A stretch of DNA of 52,170 bases from Candidatus Velthaea sp. (GCA_050012475.1 JBEKHC010000030.1:1-52170); one strand, 5' to 3'; positions 1-10,653 are shown, counted from the stretch's first letter. The notes: generated from the sequence alone by a model not told the origin. Numbers and translations are program-made.

Positions 1-67
1 TGTCGGGTGAAGGACTGGCGCGGTGCCGACGGTTTAGCGTCTGTCCGTTTCCAGCCCCTCCCCATAA

Positions 68-100
68 GAACTGCTCGTGAAGTTTTCCCTCAAGCAGCTC
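68..100 (-). ncRNA. Group II intron catalytic domain V
   Basis: Hairpin with AGC triad and A-rich loop, directly followed by domain VI with a bulged A. Confidence 0.9.
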
Positions 101-156
101 ACCCCGCAAGTTTCGGCGAAAGAGTTATGGGTCGTGGCGATCTGCGGCGGCTACTT

Positions 157-1464
157 TCACGCGAAGCTCAGAGCGCTTGGTAGTGGGTGGATTTTCCAAT
201 CCCAGTATAGCCCAAGGGTCTCGTAGAGATACGTGCTACTCCATCGCTGCCACCCGCCTCCTGTCTTACATCGCCGTTTGCGCCGACTTAAAAGTGTTCG
301 GATTTTCATCTCCACGTACGCACGAACTTCATTGAATGCGCGACTCGCGTGTCCGACCCGGAAGTAGGTCACCCACCCTTTAAGCGCCGCGTTGATGTTT
401 GCAACAAGCATCTTGATTGGAGTTGCACCTCCGTGCTCGATGAGGTCGCGTATCTTCGCTTTGATTGAGTGACGGGCTTTCTTCTTCGGGGTCAGCAAGA
501 TGTAGTATCCGTCCGCCTTAATTCTGCGTACACGGCGCAGGTCGAATCCCAGGAATCCGAACGGCTCACCCTTCAGCGCATCCACCACTTTCGTTTTCTC
601 CTTGTTCAGTTCCACACCCAGAGGTGCAAGCTGTTCGTGGAGACGTTGCAGGGCACGCTCTGCCCAGCCTCGTTTTGTATGGTGGCCGTTGACGGTGATG
701 ACGATATCATCGGCGAACCGGTGGTAATTCACGGACTCGTAGGGCCCTTCTGCCGTCTTACAGCGGATCGCGTCGAACGTCCAGTCGACTTCGTTCAAGT
801 AGATATTCGCTGCCAGTGGGCTGAATGGGCCGCCTTGCGGAACGCCAACACTGCCCCCAACTTTGATGATCTGCTTGACGAGGTGCAAGACCCGAGGGTC
901 CTGGACGCGCTTTGCGATCTTGTCCAGCAGTACCGAGTGTCGAATCGTATCGAAATAGCGCGATAGATCGACATCAATTACCGTGAACATCCGTCGCTGC
1001 ACACTGCGTCTGACTTCTGCCAGAGCGCGGTGAGGTGACCGTTGCGGTCGAAATCCGTAGGAGTTCGGGCAGAAATCCGCCTCGAAGATCGCTTCGAGGA
1101 TCAACTTCACCGCTCCCTGCACCACGCGATCGCGAATGCTGGGTATTTGAAGTGTGCGGACCTTGCCGTTGGCCTTTGGAATGTCAAACCGACGGTTCGG
1201 CTTGGGTTTGTAGCGACCTGATACGAGTTCTTCCCGGATTTCCGCCAGAAATTCGTCAAGTCCCGATGCCTCGACGTCGGCGAAGCTTTGACGATCGATG
1301 CCGGGGGCTCCACGATTTCTCTTGGCAAGCCGGTAGGACTCGTTGAGGGTTTCGATCTTTGTGATATGCACGAAGAGCCCCCAGAAACGATGAGACTTGT
1401 TCGACTTCGTCTTTCGATAAATCCGCCGTCGCAGCTCCTGCAGATCCGTGGGTGCCTTTATCAT
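157..1464 (-). CDS. ltrA: Group II intron reverse transcriptase/maturase, no endonuclease domain
   Basis: Motifs GAPGID, IPKANGKVRTLQIPSIRDRVVQ, SYGFRP, DLSRYFD, PQGGPFSP, RFADD, FLGF and a domain X; no HNH tail. Likely ATG at 1464 (MIKAP). Confidence 0.95.
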   Translation of the reverse strand: MIKAPTDLQELRRRIYRKTKSNKSHRFWGLFVHITKIETLNESYRLAKRNRGAPGIDRQSFADVEASGLDEFLAEIREELVSGRYKPKPNRRFDIPKANGKVRTLQIPSIRDRVVQGAVKLILEAIFEADFCPNSYGFRPQRSPHRALAEVRRSVQRRMFTVIDVDLSRYFDTIRHSVLLDKIAKRVQDPRVLHLVKQIIKVGGSVGVPQGGPFSPLAANIYLNEVDWTFDAIRCKTAEGPYESVNYHRFADDIVITVNGHHTKRGWAERALQRLHEQLAPLGVELNKEKTKVVDALKGEPFGFLGFDLRRVRRIKADGYYILLTPKKKARHSIKAKIRDLIEHGGATPIKMLVANINAALKGWVTYFRVGHASRAFNEVRAYVEMKIRTLLSRRKRRCKTGGGWQRWSSTYLYETLGLYWDWKIHPLPSALSFA

Positions 1465-2582
1465 CTCACCCCTGCCTCGCCTTGACGGACGGAACACTCA
1501 CAGGTCCGGGCCCTTCCCTCCGGACGCGTTTTAGTGCACGTCCATCAACAGTAGTACGACCCGATCCGCCACCCTGATGTCTACGCCGGCATTTCCCACT
1601 CGCGGTTATAGCCGTCATCTCCTCGACAAGATTTCCTTGCCGGACATCGAGGGCTTCTCCAGTTGACACTCCATCCTTCACACCATGTCGCCGCTGATAC
1701 CCCGCCGGTGAGAGCCGCCGCATCGGACTCGTTTCGATTCGGCTCTTGTAGCTTTCGCTGAGACACGACCAGCTCAGCCACCGGATTTTAGAGAGTAACG
1801 AGGCTACATCTACGTTCACGTTATGTTGCAACCTGGTGTTTTGCATAGCTCCTTCGAGCCATCTGTCGGAGGGCTCCGTCGCCTTGCTTTCGCGCCACGA
1901 CGCCTCCCAAGCTACGAAACTTGAGTCTCAGTGTCTCAGAAGACATTGAAGTTTTTGGTTGGCGGCTTGCCGACTCAGCGACCGTGAGCCGTTCTGGGTA
2001 ACCCGGTAGCGGTTTGCCAGGACACCTTTAGGGGAACCGTCCGCGCCCGTCGTCCAGCGACGCAGGGTTCGAAACGGTTGGCAAGTTGCGGTCGGTCTGA
2101 TTCGCGAAGGTACTGCGTGCAGCCGCGGTCTGCACCAGCCGGAACACTATCAAGCGATCCCATCGTTGGCTCTTATTAACAATCACTCACTTCCCAATTC
2201 GCCAGGTCAGCGGCGGCGACATTAAACTCTGCGTGCCAGACCGCCTTTGAAGTTATACGCGATTTGGCCACACAAAGGATCGCGCTCCTTTAACCAGCCA
2301 AGCGGGTATTAACGGATAGGTCCTTGCATCACCGTGTCCGCATTATCGTGATCGGTGCGCGCCGAGCATCGGCAATGTACTGCCCCGCCGGAAGGTGGCG
2401 CTCGACACGTCGACTGGAGTGCTGTTCACCGGGCCTGTTCCCGTTCGGTATTTTCTCGGTGTAACACCAGCCCCGGAAAGGTGCGCACGGCAGGTATCCA
2501 AATTTAAGTGAGCGGCTATGATGTTGGCCCGACGCTCCTCGCCTGGTCAAATCATCGACCGCTACCGCTTGGAGATGATGCC

Positions 2583-3785
2583 ATGGAAACGATCAACAAG
2601 TCGAGTTTGAAGGACGCTGCCGACGAAGTCTTGCGCACGACCGTCGAACCAGAGGACGGCACAGAAGGCGCTCCGGGCGTGATCGCGATGGCGACCGATC
2701 GCGACGCGAACATTTACGAAGGTGCCGTGGGAAAGCGCGAAATCGGACAGCCGCAGCCGATGACGACCGACACCGTCGTCTGCCTCTGGTCGACCACGAA
2801 GGCTATTACTGGCGCCGCGGTCATGCAGCTCGTCGAGGCGGGGAAGATCGGCCTTTCCGATCCAGCCAAAAATTACGTACCGGAAATCGCCGATATTCAG
2901 GTTCTGGATGGTTTCGACGACAAGGGCGAGCCCCGCGTGCGTCCGCCGAAAACAGATATCACCGTCGAACAGCTGCTGCTGCATACCGCAGGCTTCGGAT
3001 ATGACTTCTTCAATTACGATCTCATCAAGTACGGTGAGAAGAAGAACGTTCCGAGTGTTGCGACGAGCTCGATGGCGTCGCTGCGTTCGGTACTCCTGTT
3101 CGATCCAGGCGAGCACTGGGAATACGGTTCGAACCTCGACTGGGCCGGCAAGGTCGTCGAAGGTGTTACCGGCAAACGCCTCGGCGATGTAATGCGCGAA
3201 CGCATCTTCTTGCCGCTGGGCATGAACGAAACCGCTTTCGAGATCGGGCCCGAACTCCGCTCGCGCCGCGCGGCGACGCACAATCGGAGTACCGACGGGA
3301 AGCTGTCGGCGAGTGACTTCGACTTGCCGCAAAATCCGGAGCAGCACATGGGCGGACACGGCTTGTATTCAACAGTCGGAGATTACATGAAGTTCATCCG
3401 CATGGTCCTCAACGACGGCGCGACTCGCGATGGCAGCCGAGTTCTCAAAGCGGAGACCGTCAAAAAGATGGCCAGCAACGGACTTGGAACCAAGAAGATA
3501 AAGATGTTGCCGGGCGCGATTCCGAGCCTCTCACACGACGCCGAGTTCTTCCCCGGGATGCCCAAGTCTTGGGGCTACACGTGGATGATAAATGACGAAG
3601 ACGCCCCGACTGGACGTCCGGCGGGCGAACTTGCTTGGGCCGGTCTTGCGAACCTCTTCTATTGGATCGATCGCAAGAATGGTGTCGGCGGATTTTGGGC
3701 CACGCAGATTCTGCCGTTTGTCGATGAAATTTCGGTGCCTGGCTATCTACAATTTGAAACGGCTGTGTACGATCATCTAAAATAG
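2583..3785 (+). CDS. Serine hydrolase, beta-lactamase-related esterase family (methyl-acetate/lactone hydrolase-like)
   Basis: SxxK (WSTTK), LLLHTAG, WEYGSN, WAGLAN motifs; GGAG RBS before ATG 2583. Confidence 0.9.
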   Translation: METINKSSLKDAADEVLRTTVEPEDGTEGAPGVIAMATDRDANIYEGAVGKREIGQPQPMTTDTVVCLWSTTKAITGAAVMQLVEAGKIGLSDPAKNYVPEIADIQVLDGFDDKGEPRVRPPKTDITVEQLLLHTAGFGYDFFNYDLIKYGEKKNVPSVATSSMASLRSVLLFDPGEHWEYGSNLDWAGKVVEGVTGKRLGDVMRERIFLPLGMNETAFEIGPELRSRRAATHNRSTDGKLSASDFDLPQNPEQHMGGHGLYSTVGDYMKFIRMVLNDGATRDGSRVLKAETVKKMASNGLGTKKIKMLPGAIPSLSHDAEFFPGMPKSWGYTWMINDEDAPTGRPAGELAWAGLANLFYWIDRKNGVGGFWATQILPFVDEISVPGYLQFETAVYDHLK

Positions 3786-4153
3786 CGCCTTCGTTGTTGC
3801 GGTTACGCGCGTGCGCCAAGCGCGCAACGCCGTATATGCCAACGCCGATGCAGCGACACCAGGAGAAGCCGAAAGAGACCGCGGCGCAGAGCCTCAGCGG
3901 TCTCTTCTTTTGAGTTGTCGTCTTGGCCGCTTGCGATCCTGACGCTTTCACGCGATATACGACTGCCTCTAAGGCGTAAGGCGCTAGGCGCTGAGTTTCT
4001 TTTAGAAAGCACTACAAGCATCCCGCGGTGTGGCCAAAGTACTTGTTGCAAGGCCCACGCCGCGGGTGGCGTTTTTTCGGGATCGCCAGCAGCTTCACGC
4101 TCTGTCTCCATCGGGCGTCTGCTCACGGCGCACTCCAGCTTGTGACGGCTCGT

Positions 4154-5764
4154 TCAGCTCATTGCAAAACCGGGGTAGCCCCTGATGGTGAGCTCCTCGC
4201 ATTTCTGGTGATAGGTTCCGACGCCGCCGGCGAACGACAGCATGCGCCGCTGCTTGCCGGCGACGTTCGAGCCGAGGTACCACGAGTTGGTCTTCACGAA
4301 GAGCGTCGAGTTGGCGATGTCGTCGTGGTACTTGACCCAGTCGTCCTGTGTCTGTCTGCTCGGCTCGATCTCAGTCAGGCCGTGAGCCCCCAGGTAGCCG
4401 ATGCAGCCGGTGATCCAGTCGACCTGGTGCTGCAGGCACGTGGTCATGTTGCACAGCGCCGCCGCCGGTGCGAGCGGTGCGCCGGTGGTGAATAGATTGG
4501 GGTAACCGTGGATCTGCAGGCCCAGCGTCGTGCGGATCTCCTTGCTCCACTCGTCCTTCAGCGAGCGCCCATCGCGCCCGCGAATGTCGATGCGAGTCAG
4601 CGCGCCGGTTCCGGCGTCGAAGCCGGTGGCGAGGATCAGAATGTCGATCTCGCGCACCTTACCGTCGGCAGTCCGAACGCCGGCTTCGGTGAGGCGCTCG
4701 ATCGGCGTCTCGTTCAAATCGACCAGTTCCACGTTGTCCCGGTTGTACGCCTCGTAGTAGTTCGTTTCCAGCGGCACCCGTTTCGTGCCGAAGCCGTAGG
4801 TGGTGGGAATGAGCTTCTCGGCCACCTTGGGGTCCTTGATGCGCGCGCGGATCTTGTCGCGCACGAAGACGGAGATCTCCTCGTTGACCTGCGGATCGAA
4901 GAACAACTCGGGGAACAAGCCGACCCAGAAGCTCAACGAGCCGTCTTCCCACATCTCTTCCAGGTCCGCTCGTCGCTCCTCGGGCGACAGATCGGCCCAC
5001 CTGCCGTACATGAAGTCGGTCTCGAAGCCGGCGAACGTTCTCATCACGCGGTGGCGCAACTCGTTGAATCGCTTTCGGTAGGACGCCCGATCCGCGTCGG
5101 TCAGCTTGGGGTTTTTCATCGGAATTGCGTACTCCGCGCCGCGCTGGAACACCGTAAGCTGGTTCACCTGGCTGGCAAGAGTCTGGATGACTTGGATGCC
5201 GGTCGCGGCAGTCCCGATGACCCCGACGCGCTTGCCCTTGCAATCGACGTCGCTGGGCCAGCGCGCGGTGTGGAAGATCCGGCCCTTGAACTCGTCCTGC
5301 CCGGGGAACTGCACCATCAGCGGCGCCGACAACATCCCGGCGCAGCTGATGAGGTACTGTGCCTCGAAGGTCTCGCCTTTGTCGGTGGTGATCGACCAGC
5401 GTTTGGCCGCTTCGTCGTAGCTGGCAGCCGTCACGCTCGTGTTGAACTGGATGTCCTTGCGCAGATCGAAGCGATCGGCCACGAAGTTCAGGTAGCGCTC
5501 GGTCTCGGCCTGGGCCGGATAACGCTCGCTCCAGCTCCACTCGTCGTTCAGCTCCTTGGAGAACCAGTACTGATAGATGTGGGACGGCGAATCGACGCGC
5601 GCGCCGGGATAACGGTTCCAGTACCAAGTGCCGCCGACGTTGTCGCCGGCTTCCACGACCTTCACCTTGAGATCATCGCGCAAGCGATAGAGCTGGTACA
5701 GGCCGGCGATGCCCGCGCCGATAATCACGGCATCGAGTTGGGTGGTGGGTTGCGTGCTGTTCAT
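4154..5764 (-). CDS. Type I Baeyer-Villiger monooxygenase (cyclohexanone/acetone monooxygenase-like)
   Basis: GAGIAG, GGTWYWNRYPG, BVMO fingerprint FKGRIFHTARWP, second Rossmann motif GTAATG, ATGFDA. Confidence 0.95.
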   Translation of the reverse strand: MNSTQPTTQLDAVIIGAGIAGLYQLYRLRDDLKVKVVEAGDNVGGTWYWNRYPGARVDSPSHIYQYWFSKELNDEWSWSERYPAQAETERYLNFVADRFDLRKDIQFNTSVTAASYDEAAKRWSITTDKGETFEAQYLISCAGMLSAPLMVQFPGQDEFKGRIFHTARWPSDVDCKGKRVGVIGTAATGIQVIQTLASQVNQLTVFQRGAEYAIPMKNPKLTDADRASYRKRFNELRHRVMRTFAGFETDFMYGRWADLSPEERRADLEEMWEDGSLSFWVGLFPELFFDPQVNEEISVFVRDKIRARIKDPKVAEKLIPTTYGFGTKRVPLETNYYEAYNRDNVELVDLNETPIERLTEAGVRTADGKVREIDILILATGFDAGTGALTRIDIRGRDGRSLKDEWSKEIRTTLGLQIHGYPNLFTTGAPLAPAAALCNMTTCLQHQVDWITGCIGYLGAHGLTEIEPSRQTQDDWVKYHDDIANSTLFVKTNSWYLGSNVAGKQRRMLSFAGGVGTYHQKCEELTIRGYPGFAMS

Positions 5765-6279
5765 GGTCGTCTCCTTAATTAAGATTACCGTGATAGTTGT
5801 AGTGGATTTCGCGCCTGCGGGCGCGTGCAGCTGCGGATCGCCTCGGTGCCGGTCCTGCTTGGCCGCGAACGCGACGATCTTCGGTTTAACAGCAGCGATA
5901 AGTCATTCGTATAGCGCTCTGAGGAGCTTGTATCTACTAGCCGCCATTGCGGAAAGTACAGCATTTTTCAAAAGCGAGCGTTGCCGGTTTTTGCCAAACG
6001 TGCTCGGCCGCGCAAGATTCCAGACTGATGTTCACGCGGCGAAAGGCCGGCGAAGGCGGCGACCGATCGCGCGTTCCGAAACTTGGAGATAATAGGGCTC
6101 TGGTGGCCAAAGGGGCACGATGTTGATTGGTCGGAGAGCTACCTCTATCTAAAGGCGCGCGCGTTCGCACCAGGCTAGGGCATAATCTTAGTCGAGGATT
6201 CTCCGATCCGTGAACGAGGCCGGCCGCTGACCGGTACGATTCATCTGTATGGTTGTTTGTGCTTGGCGGACGCTGTAGT

Positions 6280-7584
6280 TTAAGCCTGACTAAACGCGAC
6301 GGTGTTGTCCGGTGAGACCGATGTGAGAACCGCTTTATTAAGCCAGCGGCACGCGAGCAGCGCGAGTTCAACGTCCAGGCGTCCCTCGCGGAACGAGCGC
6401 CCACGAAGTTCCTCCGCTTTTCGGATTCGATACTGAGCGGTGTTGCGATGCAGAGTCAACTGGTCCGCCGTGGCGATGTAACTGCCGCCGGCTGCGAGAA
6501 AAACCCGCGTGGTCTCGCGCAGCATGGCCTGGCGTTCGTCGTCGATGGCTAACCCGCCAAGCGTCTCGCTCACCCATGCACGGGCCGAGTCGAGATCCGC
6601 GCACATCATCGCGAGAGGCGCAACTTCGATGAACGGCGTCAACTGTGCTCGGCGCCCGCCGGCAGCCAGCGCGACGGTCTGAGCGCCGACAGCTTGTTGG
6701 TGCGTACGCCGGAAACCAGGCAGTGCTTGGCCCGGTTCCCCAAGTGCTGCAACTACCGATGGGAATCCCTCGGCCAGCGTCTTCTCGAAGCTGGTGCGCG
6801 CCGCTTCGTCCCGGTCGCCGATCGGCATCCACAGCCAGGCGGTCATTTCGTCATACGGAACGAACAGCGGCCGCGCGCGGCAACCCGCGCGCCGCGCGAC
6901 CGCGTCCGCGAACGCGCGCAGCATCGTCAGCGGCGCGACGTCCAACGTTGAAGCAACCGACCAGATCACCGCACCCAAGTGACGCTGCCGGATCGGATAT
7001 CCGCCAAGCTTTGATTCGGCTGCGGCAATGTCGACACTCCGGTCGTTGAGTACGGCCAGCACGCGCGTCGCGAAGACGGCTCCGCGCTGTTGCAGCCACT
7101 CTTCCCGGGCCTGTTCGTACGCCGTTAGGACCTGTTCGACAACGCGATCGATATACTCGGAAACGCGTTCGATGATCTCGAGCGTCGCGGCCCGTTCAAC
7201 ACGACCGACCCCCATTTGGGCTAGCTCGTCCTCTAAACAGCGGCGCAGGAAGCGCGCCTGACCAATACGGTATGCTCTGATCAGCGCGGAGGCTGCGACT
7301 TCGCGCTGCCCCAGACGGCGGCCGTACTCGAGCGCCGCGCTAGGCGCGTGGATGTCACCGGGTGGTATCCCGTGACGCAGCAGGTGCATCATCGTGTCGA
7401 CGTTTTCCCGCACGCTCGCCTCGAGCAGACTGGTGACCCGCTCGTCACCACGCAGAGCAGGCACCGCGGCTTGGATCAGGTTACGGATCTCGGCCGCAAC
7501 TTCGATGAGTCGCGGGCTCATGCGAGCCCCCACCGCTGCTACCCGTTCCGCGACCTCCGGATCGTCGAGGTCAACCAGGCTCAT
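6280..7584 (-). CDS. PucR/CdaR family transcriptional regulator
   Basis: C-terminal HTH LRET...TADQLTLHRNTAQYRIRKAEEL; RAYRIGQ in the N-terminal part. Confidence 0.9.
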   Translation of the reverse strand: MSLVDLDDPEVAERVAAVGARMSPRLIEVAAEIRNLIQAAVPALRGDERVTSLLEASVRENVDTMMHLLRHGIPPGDIHAPSAALEYGRRLGQREVAASALIRAYRIGQARFLRRCLEDELAQMGVGRVERAATLEIIERVSEYIDRVVEQVLTAYEQAREEWLQQRGAVFATRVLAVLNDRSVDIAAAESKLGGYPIRQRHLGAVIWSVASTLDVAPLTMLRAFADAVARRAGCRARPLFVPYDEMTAWLWMPIGDRDEAARTSFEKTLAEGFPSVVAALGEPGQALPGFRRTHQQAVGAQTVALAAGGRRAQLTPFIEVAPLAMMCADLDSARAWVSETLGGLAIDDERQAMLRETTRVFLAAGGSYIATADQLTLHRNTAQYRIRKAEELRGRSFREGRLDVELALLACRWLNKAVLTSVSPDNTVAFSQA

Positions 7585-7665
7585 GGCTCCCCCCATAGCG
7601 GCGCGAACTGAGGCAGAGCTTCGCAGCATTCTGCCAAGCTCCCGGCGACGGAAAGAAGAGTTCTT

Positions 7666-8049
7666 TCAGACCGCATCAAGCGCACCGGATCGGCTTCGAT
7701 GGGCCACTTTCACGAGCGCCGGGGTGAACGCCATCTCGGCCGGCAACCTGCTGGGCGTACAAGTCGGCGAAATCGACAAGCACTGCGTCGGAGTCGAATA
7801 GGCCGACAGTTCGGCGTCGGCGACCAGCAGCCCGAGCCGCGGGCCATTGCGCTGGACGAGGGCGCTCGTTCCTTGAGTGGTCGTGTAAACGGATGTATCC
7901 AGTGCTCTGAAGGAGACCCGCGCGCCCGTCAAGAGGCACTGACTTAAATCAAACGGCGTCGTGATGGTCTTTGTGTACGAGACCTGCTCGCCGTTCACGA
8001 CACAAATGTCGGTGAACGTGCTGCCGTCGTCGATGTTGATGAGCTGCAT
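7666..8049 (-). pseudogene. Hydantoinase/oxoprolinase (acetone/acetophenone carboxylase-related) remnant with internal deletions
   Basis: INIDDGSTFTD (cf. DxGGTFTD), KTITTP, TTQGTSALVQRNGPRLGLL compressed into about 127 aa; the family is normally much longer. Confidence 0.75.
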
Positions 8050-8111
8050 GTTCGCGCTCCATCGGCGAATCGGGTGTAATGCAGTAACGCTACATTTAGG
8101 ATTGTTAGGTG

Positions 8112-8408
8112 TCACCGTGCGCCCAGCACCGTACGTCGCGCGCGGTTCGTGTCAGCAGCACCAGCGCTCTGCGCCTGCAACATCGCGCGCTGTCGAGCCA
8201 TGACGAATAAGCCCTGCCGCGACCGCAGGTCGAGGTCGATCGAGCGCTCCCATACTCCCGCCTCGTAGCCACTGCGGATTTGCGGGTACGCGCGCTGGAA
8301 TCCGAGACGGATCAGCGCGTCCTCGTTGTCGGTGACCGGCATTATGCCACGCCGCAGGTGCGTCTCGATTTCTTCTATGGAATGAACGACCGCATCGTCG
8401 GCTCCCAT
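8112..8408 (-). CDS. Hypothetical protein or fragment
   Basis: C-terminal part of ORF 8112..8759 reads protein-like (IEEIETHLRRG...GVWERSIDLDL); no family recognised. Confidence 0.3.
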   Translation of the reverse strand: MGADDAVVHSIEEIETHLRRGIMPVTDNEDALIRLGFQRAYPQIRSGYEAGVWERSIDLDLRSRQGLFVMARQRAMLQAQSAGAADTNRARRTVLGAR

Positions 8409-8620
8409 GGGCCGAGCAGATCGCCGGGGATCTGAAGCAGAGAACATTGATCGTGCGGGCCTCCGTCGTGGCTTGCGACTGTCGCCGGCTCGCGGTGCGC
8501 CGAATGCGCCGGCCATAGACGCAGCGTACGGGTGCGCTAGGCGCCGCGCATCGTGCGCGTAGACCGGAAAATGCGGCTTGCCATCGTGCACGCGATACGG
8601 CTGAAGGTGGACTTCTCGAG

Positions 8621-8652
8621 ATGTGCGCCCATCACGATGTGCGCCCATCACG
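8621..8652. repeat. Perfect 16-bp tandem duplication (ATGTGCGCCCATCACG x2)
   Basis: Read directly; about 90 bp upstream of the acyl-CoA ligase start. Confidence 0.9.
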
Positions 8653-8742
8653 ACGCACCCAACAAAAGCTCGTGCTACGCGTCCGATGGCAACGGGATAT
8701 TCCGTCGGTACCTTGGTGGTGTTTACCGACTCGGAGGGACCA

Positions 8743-10212
8743 ATGCTCATTGCCGCCATCCCCGATCAGCGCGCTCGCCACGACAATCACGGAGAGTGCC
8801 TGAGCGACGCGCGCCGCAGGTTGACCAACGCCACATTCGCCGAGGCCGTCCGGGCGATGGCGGGACGGCTCGCGGCGGTCGGGATCGGCCCCGGCTCCGT
8901 TGTCGCAACCATGCTGCCGAACTGCGTCGAACTCGTGGTCACCATGTTTGCGGCCTGGCGGATCCGCGCTGCCGTCACTCCCATCAATCCGGCGCTCACG
9001 GTCGACGAGGCCGCGCATCAGGTCGCTGATTCCCGGGCCCGAGCCATCGTCGCCGATGCGGACGCCGCGCTCAAGCTCGGCGACGCCGTCCCGATCATTC
9101 CGGTTGATGAAGTCCTCGAGGTCAGCGGTCACGGTGATGTATCAGCGACGGTCGAGCCGGATGATACCGCGCTCATCATTTATACGAACGGATCGACCGG
9201 CCGCCCGAAGGGCGTGATGCTCGACCATGCCAACCTGGCGGCAACGACGCAAATGATCATCGCTTCCTTGGAGCTCACATCCGCGGACCGCTGTCTGCTC
9301 GTGTTGCCGTTATTTCACGTGAACAGCATCATGGTGAGTGTCGTCGGCCCGCTGGCAGCCGGAGGTTCGAGCGTGATCGCCGACCGTTTCGATCCGGCAA
9401 CCTTTTGGCGTTACGTTGAACGTGTTCGCCCGACGTACTTCTCGGCCGCGCCGACGATCTACGCGATCCTGAGTGCCCAGCCCGCGGACGTCCCTGACAC
9501 CTCGTCATTGCGCTACGTCGTCTGTGGCGCTGCGCCGATGCCCGCGGAGCTCATCGATCGTTTCGAAAAACGCTTCGGCATTCCGATCGTTGAAGGATAC
9601 GGCCTTTCCGAGTGCACGGCGATCTGCACGGGGAACCCGCCGCAAGGACTTCGTAAGCCCGGCACCGTGGGTCTACCCTTACCCGGTACGGAGGTTGCGG
9701 TCGTCGACGAAGTCGACGAGCCGGTCCGCGCAGGCGAGCGCGGCGAAGTGGTCGTGCGCGGACCCAACGTCATGCGAGGCTATCGCGGAATGCCGGAGGA
9801 GACGGCACGGACGCTCCGCGGAGGGTGGCTTCACACCGGTGACATCGGCCGCTTTGATGTCGACGGCTACCTCGTGCTCGTCGACCGCAGCAAGGACCTT
9901 ATCATCCGCGGCGACGAGAACATCTCTCCGAAAGAAATCGAGAACGTCCTTCAGCGCCACCCAGCGGTCTTAGAGGTCGCCGTGGTCGGCCGGCCGAGCC
10001 CGGTGTACGGTGAGGAACCGGTCGCATTCGTCTCCCTGCAACCGGGTCGCAAGGCCGAGCCCGACGAGCTCGTCGCTCACTGCCGTCAGTCGTTGGCGCA
10101 CTTCAAGGTGCCGCGCGCAGTCTTCATCGAGGATGCCCTTCCCAAAAACGCCGTCGGCAAAATCGCTAAACCGGTGCTGAACGAGCGGACGCGGCTAAGC
10201 GCAAGTGGTTGA
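8743..10212 (+). CDS. AMP-binding acyl-CoA ligase (long-chain fatty acid-CoA ligase-like)
   Basis: YTNGSTGRPKG, EGYGLSE, GWLHTGD, DRSKD, LPKNAVGK; GGAGG RBS before ATG 8743. Confidence 0.9.
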   Translation: MLIAAIPDQRARHDNHGECLSDARRRLTNATFAEAVRAMAGRLAAVGIGPGSVVATMLPNCVELVVTMFAAWRIRAAVTPINPALTVDEAAHQVADSRARAIVADADAALKLGDAVPIIPVDEVLEVSGHGDVSATVEPDDTALIIYTNGSTGRPKGVMLDHANLAATTQMIIASLELTSADRCLLVLPLFHVNSIMVSVVGPLAAGGSSVIADRFDPATFWRYVERVRPTYFSAAPTIYAILSAQPADVPDTSSLRYVVCGAAPMPAELIDRFEKRFGIPIVEGYGLSECTAICTGNPPQGLRKPGTVGLPLPGTEVAVVDEVDEPVRAGERGEVVVRGPNVMRGYRGMPEETARTLRGGWLHTGDIGRFDVDGYLVLVDRSKDLIIRGDENISPKEIENVLQRHPAVLEVAVVGRPSPVYGEEPVAFVSLQPGRKAEPDELVAHCRQSLAHFKVPRAVFIEDALPKNAVGKIAKPVLNERTRLSASG

Positions 10213-10653
10213 AATCTGCCACGAACGCGTTGGCTCGTACGCGCAAGAGGACTGAGAGCGGCTACGTGGCCATCAGAACGATCGCGGTCGAACGGCCTGA
10301 ATCTGCGAATCGCCACGAGCGCGCCCAAGGTTCTCAACCAGGCGTCTGCCGCGCGCATCTTCTCGAAGCCACACCATAGCCGCTCGTCCACGCGTCGAGT
10401 TGCAGACCCGATCGGGTCGACGAATTTCGTACGCGCGACCTCAGGGGGCGTCAAAACTTCGTGCTGACGGCCCGAAGGCACGGATCGTGTTTGGTCGCTA
10501 CGCTATATCCGACATTGGGGGACCCAGCAATTCTGCTCTTAGTCGTTTTTTTGCGATTTGCGCTAAGCTGGGCTGACGATAACCTCTCGCGTTGCCAACG
10601 ATGACTGGTCCTTTCTCTCACGCTCGCATCGACCTTGCAAGGAGTTTGTCGCT

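Larger units (their letters stand above)
2..1920 (-). mobile_element. Group II intron (RT-encoding), 3' end intact, 5' end not identified (probably truncated near 1920)
   Basis: Minus strand shows domain V (GAGCTGCTTGAGGGAAAACTTCACGAGCAGTTC, 68-100) and domain VI (GGGGAGGGGCTGG...CCAGTCCTTC-A-CCCGAC) ending in AC at position 2. Intron-like domain I-III sequence runs about 1500-1915. No GTGYG 5' end is visible just upstream. Confidence 0.85.

Noticed and set aside
157..1464. Retron, DGR or defence-type reverse transcriptase
   Set aside because: Domain X plus adjacent domains V/VI identify a group II intron; no TR/VR pair or msr-msd seen.
1921..1952. Left end of the tni transposon (TGTCTCAGAAGAC at the intron breakpoint)
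   Set aside because: Only the TCAGAAG core matches the 19457-19481 repeat; spacing from TGT differs and there is no CGCAC duplication.
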